Assembly: GCA_018063165.1 (NCBI GenBank)
Contig: JAGOQU010000003.1
Span: forward strand, 19,268-83,267
Reading direction: 5' to 3'
DNA length: 64,000 bases
From: Minisyncoccota bacterium
Lineage (GTDB): Bacteria > Patescibacteriota > Minisyncoccia > Phycocordibacterales > UBA5272
A program made the translations under genes and the position numbers. Below are positions 49,085 to 56,151 of the stretch, piece after piece. The first letter of the stretch is position 1; every line of letters starts with the position of its first letter. The notes under the pieces are model-generated. The model was not told the origin of the DNA, made no database searches, and saw nothing but the letters and a program-made list of their open reading frames with translations.

Positions 49085-49657
49085 TTAAATACTTTTAACT
49101 TTAAGTTTTGTTTGTCTTGCTTTGTCTACTTTAGGAAGTCTGATGATGAGAAGTCCGTGTTTTTCTACAGCTTCCGCTTCTTCTATTTCTACTTCATGAG
49201 GAAGGAGTATGGTACGGGTAAATGTCCCCCAATAAAGTTCTTTATAGAAATAATCATCGTGAGTTACTGAGGTATTTCCATCACGTCGTCCTTTTACTGT
49301 TACCATGTCACGTGTAATAGAAAGATGTAGATCTTCTGGTTTAACACCTGCAACCATAGCTTCTATGATGATTTCATTTGCTGTTTGATATACATCAACA
49401 GAGAGTTCTCCTTCTTCCATGTCAGGATCAACTTCTTCCATGTCTTCATCAAGAGTTAGATGTCTTGGTTTTGCACGAGCGGGTGAAGCAGACTGAACTG
49501 GTTGTTCTTGTTGTCTTTTCGCTGGATGCTTAATCTGCACCTCTTCTACCTCCTCTTCAATTTCTTGTTCTGGAGTAAAGTCAACTTGTTCATCTTCATC
49601 ATCGACACTTATCGATCCGGCAAGGCGTTCGAAAAATGATTTTTTTTCTTTAAGCAT
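49085..49657 (-). CDS. Hsp20/alpha-crystallin family small heat-shock protein with acidic N-terminal extension
   Basis: Alpha-crystallin domain pattern ...DVYQT.NEIIIEA.VAGVKPEDL.L....D.V.VKG... Confidence 0.8.
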   Translation of the reverse strand: MLKEKKSFFERLAGSISVDDEDEQVDFTPEQEIEEEVEEVQIKHPAKRQQEQPVQSASPARAKPRHLTLDEDMEEVDPDMEEGELSVDVYQTANEIIIEAMVAGVKPEDLHLSITRDMVTVKGRRDGNTSVTHDDYFYKELYWGTFTRTILLPHEVEIEEAEAVEKHGLLIIRLPKVDKARQTKLKVKSI

Positions 49658-49863
49658 AATAATAGACAGTTATATGTGTATAAGCATAGTATACAACCAA
49701 GTTTGTCAATTTTGTGGAATAGTTATACACAGTCATAAAAAGAATGTTGTAAATGTATTATTTTTTTATAAAAATATATACAATCTTAGTATGAAAATGC
49801 GAGCGACCCCGAAGGGGTCGCTCGCATTATGTATCATTAACACTAAAATTTAATTTTTAATCT

Positions 49864-51996
49864 TTACCATTTTGTTATCATTAAGATATTGTCTGTATCT
49901 TTTTTGATATAGCTCCATACTTCTTCTGTAATAAATGGCATAAAAGGGTGTAGAACAATCATTTGCTCTCGTAAGAGTGTAAGAAGTAATGTCTCTGCAC
50001 TTTCTTTTTCGTTATTTTCTAGTATTCTTGTTTTTCTTGTCTCTATGATTTCATCACAAAATACTTTCCAGAAATAATCGTATATTTTTTGTGATGCTAT
50101 ATGAAGACGAAAGTTTTCAAGATCATCTGTAATATCTTTTTGTATCTCTCTCCAAGCTTCATACACAGCTTGGTCTTCATTGTTTAGCTGTACATCTTTT
50201 TCAAGGTCTGCTGTTTTTTCTAATACAAAACGAGTTGCATTCCATATCTTATTGGCAAATTTTTTATATGCTTCAACTTTTTTTGGATCAAGGTTCATGT
50301 CTACTCCTGGAGCATTATTTACTACAAGTCCCATACGAAGTGCATCTGTTCCATATTGTGTTGAAATTTCTAGAGGAGAAATAACATTACCTTTACTTTT
50401 ACTCATTTTTTTACCTTTAGCATCTCTAACTAATCCATGAAGATAAATATGACTAAACGGAGTTTTTCCTGTAACGTATATACCTAACATCATCATACGA
50501 ACTACCCAGAAAAATAAAATATCAAAACCTGTTTCCATTACTTGTGTTGGATAGTATTTTTCAAAATCACCTTTTTTTGTATTCATGAGCGTTGCAAATG
50601 GCCATTGACCAGATGAAAACCAAGTATCAAATGAATCTGTTTCTTGAATCAGATTACCTCCACATTGTTTGCACGTGGTGAGTGTGTTGTCTATATCTAC
50701 ATAACCAGCTTCGCAGGCGTTACAAAGTTTTGCAGGAATAGGAATACCCCACACGATTTGTCTTGAAATGTTCCAGTCCTGAATATTCTCCATCCAATGA
50801 TAAAACATTTTTTCATGTTGTTCTGTAATAATCTTTGTCTCATTATTTTTCACAGCAAGGATAGCTTTTTCTGCTAACGGTTTCATTTTTATAAACCATT
50901 GTGGTTTTATTTGTGGTTCAAGTTCTCTTTCACATTTGTAACAGACAGATACTTCATGGACATATTCATTATCTATTTTTACAAGCAAACCTTTGGCGTC
51001 TAGTTTTTCAACTATTTTTTCTCTTGCATCTTTAATGCTCATACCTGCAAATTCTCCTGCTATGGGTAGAAGTTTTCCTTTCTCGTCAATGATTTGCTCA
51101 TAGTCTAGTTTATATTTTTGAGCAATATCAAAATCTATAGCCGAATGCCATGGTGTAATTGTCATGACTCCTGAACCAAATTCTGGATCACTTGCTTCAT
51201 CTTTAATAATAGTTGCTTCGATCGGGCCATTAATCCACTCAACGGTTATTTTTTGGCCATGTGTATATTCTTTATATCTTTCATCATCTGGATGCATAAC
51301 AACGTACTTATCTCCAAATTTTGTTTCTGGACGAACCGTACCTATCACAAATGGTCCATATTTAAAATAATAAAATGGATCTTTTCTCGAAATGTGTTCT
51401 GTTTCTAAATTAGAAAGTGATGTTTGATGCTTAGTGCACCAATTAACAATTCTTTTTCCTCTATATAACAATTTATCGTCTTCTAGTTTTTTGAATGTTT
51501 GATTAACTGTTTTGATAATATGTTCATCAAGTGTAAACATCTCACGTGACCAGTCACAACTAGCACCTAATTGACGAATTTGACCTTCCATAAAAGATTT
51601 ATTGAAAAGTGTAAAATCTAATATTTCTTTATAAAGATCATCACGATTCATGCCAAAACGAGATCTGCCTTCTTTATCAAGTTTTTTTTCATATACGGTT
51701 TGTGTTTCAAAGCCTGCATGATCAGCTCCTGGAAGCCATAAAGCACTTTTACCATTCATTCGATTAAATCGTATAAGAATATCTTGAATAGTAACAAAAA
51801 GAGCATGTCCTGCATGAAGTGATCCATTAGCATTTGGTGGTGGCATGATTATTGTATACGATTCTTTTCTGTCTCCTGGAAGATTATCAGGATTAAAATA
51901 GCCACTTTTCTCCCACATGTTATAGAGCGAAGCTTCAACAGCTTCAGCATTAAAGGGTTTTGTTAATTGTTCTGGTACTTGTTTCATAATATACAT
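49864..51996 (-). CDS. valS: valyl-tRNA synthetase (short form lacking C-terminal coiled coil)
   Basis: HIGH region PPPNANGSLHAGHAL (cf. ValRS PPPNVTGSLHMGHA), KMSKSKGN, WCTKH editing-domain region. 710 aa. Confidence 0.85.
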   Translation of the reverse strand: MYIMKQVPEQLTKPFNAEAVEASLYNMWEKSGYFNPDNLPGDRKESYTIIMPPPNANGSLHAGHALFVTIQDILIRFNRMNGKSALWLPGADHAGFETQTVYEKKLDKEGRSRFGMNRDDLYKEILDFTLFNKSFMEGQIRQLGASCDWSREMFTLDEHIIKTVNQTFKKLEDDKLLYRGKRIVNWCTKHQTSLSNLETEHISRKDPFYYFKYGPFVIGTVRPETKFGDKYVVMHPDDERYKEYTHGQKITVEWINGPIEATIIKDEASDPEFGSGVMTITPWHSAIDFDIAQKYKLDYEQIIDEKGKLLPIAGEFAGMSIKDAREKIVEKLDAKGLLVKIDNEYVHEVSVCYKCERELEPQIKPQWFIKMKPLAEKAILAVKNNETKIITEQHEKMFYHWMENIQDWNISRQIVWGIPIPAKLCNACEAGYVDIDNTLTTCKQCGGNLIQETDSFDTWFSSGQWPFATLMNTKKGDFEKYYPTQVMETGFDILFFWVVRMMMLGIYVTGKTPFSHIYLHGLVRDAKGKKMSKSKGNVISPLEISTQYGTDALRMGLVVNNAPGVDMNLDPKKVEAYKKFANKIWNATRFVLEKTADLEKDVQLNNEDQAVYEAWREIQKDITDDLENFRLHIASQKIYDYFWKVFCDEIIETRKTRILENNEKESAETLLLTLLREQMIVLHPFMPFITEEVWSYIKKDTDNILMITKW

Positions 51997-52087
51997 ATTC
52001 TATCACTTTTTTTTAGATTTGACTTTTTTTTGCTAAAGCTATAGTATTTTTTTAGATGTTAGTTTTTATGAGTAGAAGGAGACACTT

Positions 52088-52348
52088 ATGGATTCTAAGC
52101 AAGCAATAAAAGGTAAAAAAGTTCGCTGTATCAATGCTACATTTAAAGATGATTCTCATTTTCCTTTTACAATGAAACAGCTCGTTCTTCCTAAAAGGGG
52201 ATCGGTATATACAATACGTGATGTAGAAAAGGGTAGTGATAACGAGCGGGGGATTCGTCTTGAAGAAATAGTCAATGAAAAATTTCCTTTTACAGCAGTT
52301 GGCATGAAAGAACCAATGTTCTTACTTCAAAGATTTACAGCACTATAA
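52088..52348 (+). CDS. hypothetical protein (86 aa)
   Basis: ORF followed by hairpin 52366..52390 (agagtaactac-tat-agttactct). Confidence 0.4.
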   Translation: MDSKQAIKGKKVRCINATFKDDSHFPFTMKQLVLPKRGSVYTIRDVEKGSDNERGIRLEEIVNEKFPFTAVGMKEPMFLLQRFTAL

Positions 52349-52432
52349 TTTTTTTAAAAAAGAGTAACTACTATAGTTACTCTTTTGTTGTATTGCTACA
52401 TGTTCTCTATATATAGTATGCTTATGTACATC

Positions 52433-52999
52433 ATGAAGAAAAATATTAAGAATAAGCAGTCAGAAATTTTACAAAAAGGTGGTTCCATAAAAACAGAAGC
52501 AGTAAAAAAAATAGTTAAAAAAACTATGAAGGTTGGTGGTGTTTTACATAAAGAAGCTCAAAAGTTACCTGATCACCATTTTAAAATAGTAAAAGTTAAA
52601 CGTGGTTTGGCGGGTCTTGGTCTTTTTGCTGGAGAATCTATTAAAAAAGGTGAGGTTATTATTGAGTACATTGGTAATATTTTAAATAAAGAGGAAGCAG
52701 ATAAGGTTGGGACAAATCAATATCTTTTTGAGGTGAATAGAAATAAAACAATAGATGGTTCTGTTAGATGGAATGTAGCTCGCTATTGTAATCATGCATG
52801 TGAAGAAGCTGCAAATGCTGAAAGTGAAATAAAAAAAGGAAGAGTGTTTGTTAAAGCAATAAAAGATATTAATAACGGTGAAGAAATTGTTTATGATTAT
52901 GGAGAAGAATTCGTTAATGAATATATTGCACCTAAAGGGTGTAGATGTATAGCAAAAGAACATAGTTATAACGCAAGAGTGATGCCAACGGTTGCATAG
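52433..52999 (+). CDS. SET-domain protein lysine methyltransferase (bacterial SET), Lys-rich N-terminus
   Basis: SET core: GLAGLGLFAGESIKKGEVIIEYIGNI, NHACEEAAN (cf. NHSCxPN), EIVYDYGEEF (ELxxDYG), post-SET Cys (CRCIAKEH). The ORF could begin at 52385/52400, but those overlap the upstream terminator hairpin. Confidence 0.7.
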   Translation: MKKNIKNKQSEILQKGGSIKTEAVKKIVKKTMKVGGVLHKEAQKLPDHHFKIVKVKRGLAGLGLFAGESIKKGEVIIEYIGNILNKEEADKVGTNQYLFEVNRNKTIDGSVRWNVARYCNHACEEAANAESEIKKGRVFVKAIKDINNGEEIVYDYGEEFVNEYIAPKGCRCIAKEHSYNARVMPTVA

Positions 53000-53042
53000 C
53001 TAATAGTGGATGGTCGGTAGCTGATAGTTTTAAATAATAAAT

Positions 53043-53087
53043 ACAAACACAGAGCGACCTTCGGTCGCTCTGTGTTTGTGTGTATAA
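53043..53087 (+). terminator. strong long-stem terminator after the SET gene
   Basis: acaaacacagagcgacc-ttcg-ggtcgctctgtgtttgt. Confidence 0.7.
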
Positions 53088-53282
53088 AATTACAGAAAAA
53101 TATTTTTATAACTTTATACAATGTATAAAATTTATTTTTATAAAATTTGTAAAAATAAATGTGTATAATTATTTTTTTAACAAAAAGTATATTTTTTATT
53201 TCTTTTTTATTTTTATATGATGTAAGTAGAGTGTGTTTAAAAAATATATTGATATATAAGGATAATATAATGATATATAAAG

Positions 53283-53316
53283 TGCATTTATGCAAGTGCT
53301 TTGCATTTGCATAAAT
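53283..53316. promoter_or_regulatory. nested dyad symmetry element containing ATGCAA-gtgct-TTGCAT (same 6-5-6 dyad as at 20480) within an AT-rich promoter region
   Basis: Seen directly: tgcatttATGCAAgtgctTTGCATttgcataaat. The outer arms atttatgcaa / ttgcataaat are also complementary. Confidence 0.45.
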
Positions 53317-53472
53317 AGAAAAAATAAAAATAAAAGTTATCCACAGAATTAACGTACAAAACTATTGTGTACTGATGTACGAATGTCATACTTAGTATAT
53401 CGAGAGTAATGGTCGCGGTCGTGATCATAAAAATTACAAACACTCTCTGATTTCTATAATAAATATATATTT

Positions 53473-53592
53473 ATGGCAGTAAAAAAAGTTGCTAAGAAAG
53501 CAGTAAAGAAAGTAGCCAAGAAAGCAGTCAAGAAAGTGGCTGTTAAGAAGGTTGCTAAGAAAGCTGTGAAGAAGGTTGCAAAGCGCGCATAG
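53473..53592 (+). CDS. 39-aa lysine/alanine-repeat basic peptide (MAVKKVAKKAVKKVAKKAVKKVAVKKVAKKAVKKVAKRA), histone H1-like/Hc1-like tail-type
   Basis: Clean ORF with TATAAT 16 nt upstream and a hairpin terminator (53613..53650) directly downstream. A (KKVAKKAV)n repeat. Too short for the ORF track. Confidence 0.45.
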   Translation: MAVKKVAKKAVKKVAKKAVKKVAVKKVAKKAVKKVAKRA

Positions 53593-53612
53593 TTAGCTTT
53601 GTTCCTCTTTAA

Positions 53613-53650
53613 AATAAATCACCCACTCCCATGGGTGATTTATTTTTTTA
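53613..53650 (+). terminator. hairpin terminator/attenuator between the K-rich peptide gene and the HMA-membrane gene
   Basis: aaatcacccac-tcccatg-ggtgatttattttttt. Confidence 0.6.
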
Positions 53651-53687
53651 TATCATCTACTCTTATTATCATGTATACTATTTGTAT

Positions 53688-54695
53688 ATGAATCGGTATA
53701 CTTTTTATATTTCAGGAACTCATTGTGAGTCATGTAAATTATTTGTAGAAGATGCTTTAGGTAAAAATGCTTCTGTTACTAATGTGTCAATGGATTTACG
53801 TAATGAAACAGTAACAATAGAAACACAAGAAGAAAAAAATAAAGAACTGTTTGCAGAAGAATTAACAAAACTTCTTCTAGATCGTCCATATACTATTACT
53901 GTACATAAGGTGTATGCAGAAAAATCTAACACGTATGAAACATGTATAGCGCTTCTTTTAGGTTTTAGTTTTACTCTACTCTTTTTTGTTTTTCAGAAAT
54001 ATAATACGATTTCTTTTGGAGATAATAGCGCTTCTATGTTTGTAACAAGTTTTTTTGTAGGTATTGTTGCGTCACTTTCAAGTTGTCTTGCTGTTGTCGG
54101 TGGACTTGTACTTTCTCTCTCTACAACATTAGTAGAAAGTGGTCTACGTACAAAAAAACCTTTTGTTCTTTTTCATATTGGAAGAATAGGAGGGTTTTTA
54201 TTTCTAGGTGGTCTGCTCGGATTTGTTGGGGGTACCCTTGGTGTTAACTATATTATTACTGGTCTTTTAGGTATCTTGGCGTCACTTGTTATGGTTGTGC
54301 TTGGTTTTAGTTTGCTTGGGGTTGGCAAAAGTGTAAGTCTTTCTCTACCTCGTTCTTTCTTTTCCTTTTTAAAAAGTAGTATGGCATCTACTAAGACTCC
54401 TTTTCTTGTTGGCGTTCTTACTTTTTTTCTTCCGTGTGGTTTTACACAATCAATGCAAATCTCTGCGTTATCTAGTGGCTCATTTATCTCTGGCGCACTT
54501 ATAATGTTTTTCTTTTCATTAGGAACTCTTCCAGTACTATCTCTTGTTTCTTTTGGGGCACTTTCTTTTTCAACATCAAGACATGCTACACTATTTTTTA
54601 AAACAGTTGGCGTTGTTGTGGTATCGCTCGGTCTTTTTTCTTTGTTTACTGGACTTGTAGGACTTGGTATTATTAATCCATTATTTAGTATTTAA
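53688..54695 (+). CDS. heavy-metal-associated (HMA) domain fused to DsbD_2/CcdA-like polytopic membrane domain
   Basis: N-terminal YISGTHCESCKLFVEDAL (GMxCxxC-type HMA). Then ~8 TM helices with a conserved FLPCGF Cys. The 53631 ATG overlaps the upstream terminator, so M53688 is preferred. Confidence 0.55.
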   Translation: MNRYTFYISGTHCESCKLFVEDALGKNASVTNVSMDLRNETVTIETQEEKNKELFAEELTKLLLDRPYTITVHKVYAEKSNTYETCIALLLGFSFTLLFFVFQKYNTISFGDNSASMFVTSFFVGIVASLSSCLAVVGGLVLSLSTTLVESGLRTKKPFVLFHIGRIGGFLFLGGLLGFVGGTLGVNYIITGLLGILASLVMVVLGFSLLGVGKSVSLSLPRSFFSFLKSSMASTKTPFLVGVLTFFLPCGFTQSMQISALSSGSFISGALIMFFFSLGTLPVLSLVSFGALSFSTSRHATLFFKTVGVVVVSLGLFSLFTGLVGLGIINPLFSI

Positions 54696-54703
54696 TTTTT
54701 TTT

Positions 54704-55132
54704 ATGAAAACCATTATTTCTCTCCTTGTTGCGCTTTGTATTATTATTGGTCTTGGTTATTTTTTTATAAATCCGTCTACTCAAAAAACACATGTAAACA
54801 TTTCAAGTGACGCTACTAAAACTAGTGAAACAGAAGTCGGTGTAACGAATAGTGTGATAGAAAATGGTGCTCAAATTGTAACTATTAAAGCAAAAGATGG
54901 ATATACTCCTCGAAAGTCTGTTGCGCAGGCAGGGGTTCCAACACTGTTTAGTTTAGAAACAGATAGAACATATGATTGTTCAGCGTCTATTGTTATTAAT
55001 TCTCTTAATGTTAGAAGAACACTTCCAAATACTGGAACAACACTTATAGATGCTGGTGTAAGATCTGTGGGTGATGTAATAGAAGGTGTTTGCTCTATGG
55101 GTATGTATAGTTTTAGTGTGGAGTTCAAATAG
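54704..55132 (+). CDS. secreted cupredoxin-like small beta-sandwich protein (putative metal-binding partner of the upstream membrane protein)
   Basis: Signal/anchor, then ~100-aa beta-rich domain with conserved Cys (DCSASIVI, GVCSMGMY). A 9-nt gap from the HMA-DsbD_2 gene suggests an operon. Confidence 0.4.
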   Translation: MKTIISLLVALCIIIGLGYFFINPSTQKTHVNISSDATKTSETEVGVTNSVIENGAQIVTIKAKDGYTPRKSVAQAGVPTLFSLETDRTYDCSASIVINSLNVRRTLPNTGTTLIDAGVRSVGDVIEGVCSMGMYSFSVEFK

Positions 55133-55218
55133 AAAATTGGGGTAGAATTGTGTAACATGTTTTATGTATTGTTTTGTATAAAAAGCTAATAAAATAAGGA
55201 GTTTTTAGATAGTATTTT

Positions 55219-55247
55219 TTGACATAAATACATTTATGATGTATACT
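55219..55247 (+). promoter_or_regulatory. canonical sigma70-type promoter (TTGACA-17-TATACT) driving the GC-rich gene
   Basis: Seen directly: ttgaca taaatacatttatgatg tatact. Confidence 0.55.
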
Positions 55248-55275
55248 ATATATAGTTCATTGATGCTATCTTAAA

Positions 55276-55340
55276 AAGTAGTCATAGCCAAAAGATTTTA
55301 TGTGTGTATTTTTTATGAGATTTTCTGGCTATGACTACTT
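55276..55340 (+). promoter_or_regulatory. 15-bp perfect inverted repeat (AAGTAGTCATAGCCA ... TGGCTATGACTACTT) with ~35-nt AT-rich loop in the 5' UTR of the GC-rich gene
   Basis: Seen directly. Lies between the promoter and the RBS, and no T-run follows it. Confidence 0.5.
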
Positions 55341-55379
55341 ACAGTTCTAGCTCCTTTACTCACGGACAGTGAGAAGAAA

Positions 55380-56000
55380 ATGAGCAAACAGCTCAAGGAG
55401 AAGATAATGAAATACGGCGAACTCACACTCGGACAAGTGGAAGCGATTGTAAACAAGCTCGGCGGTATGGAAGGTGTAAAGCGTTTCTTATCTGGTGAGC
55501 TACCTGTTTCTGCAAAGACAAAGGTCTGGAAGACGTGGAAAACCATTAAGCTCGGCACTGGTCTGAAGTCAGCTGATGACTTCCGCAAGGAGGTTGTGGA
55601 GGCAGGGATGAAGATTGGCGACTGGGCAAATGACATCCTCGGCAAGCCCGCCTTCACGGCGACAACCAGCGAAACGGAAGTTGAACTGGTCGTTGCCTCC
55701 GTGGCTGAACTCGGCTTCAAGGATGGTGCAACTCGCAAAGACATCTACGTTCGTGCCCAAGAGCTCGGACTGGACCTATGCCCACCCGAAGTCGGTCCGC
55801 AACTGCGTTTGCAGTACACGGACCAGCCCAAAGGTGAATGGCTTGTCATTGCGATGGAGCCCATCACTGACTCGGATGGCGACCTCAACCTGTTCCACGT
55901 TGGACACGGTGACGGTGTACGCTGGCTCGACGCTGACTACGGCGACCCTGGCTATTTCTGGCGCGGTGGCGGCCGTTTCGTCTTCCTCCGTCGGAAGTGA
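55380..56000 (+). CDS. unknown protein encoded in a compositionally foreign (about 50% GC) island; probable horizontally acquired cargo gene
   Basis: 206-aa ORF with strong G/C third-position bias (ctcggc, aagctc, gacatc). Other frames and the opposite strand give only low-complexity S/T/P/A ORFs typical of antisense GC-rich DNA. Own promoter, RBS-like gagaag, and terminator. Product not recognised. Confidence 0.6.
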   Translation: MSKQLKEKIMKYGELTLGQVEAIVNKLGGMEGVKRFLSGELPVSAKTKVWKTWKTIKLGTGLKSADDFRKEVVEAGMKIGDWANDILGKPAFTATTSETEVELVVASVAELGFKDGATRKDIYVRAQELGLDLCPPEVGPQLRLQYTDQPKGEWLVIAMEPITDSDGDLNLFHVGHGDGVRWLDADYGDPGYFWRGGGRFVFLRRK

Positions 56001-56022
56001 TGTTGGTAAAATGACTGTATCC

Positions 56023-56055
56023 AAAGGGTTCGCGTAAGCGAACCCTTTTTCTTTT
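56023..56055 (+). terminator. rho-independent terminator after the GC-rich gene
   Basis: aaagggttcgc-gtaa-gcgaaccctttttctttt. Confidence 0.7.
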
Positions 56056-56151
56056 GTAGTTATGATATTGTTTTTTTAGATCTGTTTAAATATGTTCAAT
56101 TTTTCTCTTTTTGTATATAAAAAGTCTATTTTATGCTATAATTACACAACT

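Noticed and set aside
53380-53430. Locally GC-richer segment gtaatggtcgcggtcgtgatcat with weak inverted repeat (gagagt...actctc) upstream of the K-rich peptide gene
   Set aside because: It is too short and imperfect to call a structured RNA or operator with confidence. It is noted only as part of the promoter region.
55313-56037. Multiple overlapping ORFs in all frames and both strands (55313..55744 -, 55569..55760 -, 55615..56037 +, 55776..56024 -) over the GC-rich island
   Set aside because: These are a typical artefact of GC-rich DNA, which has few stop codons. Their products are low-complexity S/T/P/A-rich. Only the 55380..56000 + frame shows G/C third-position codon bias with a promoter, RBS and terminator.
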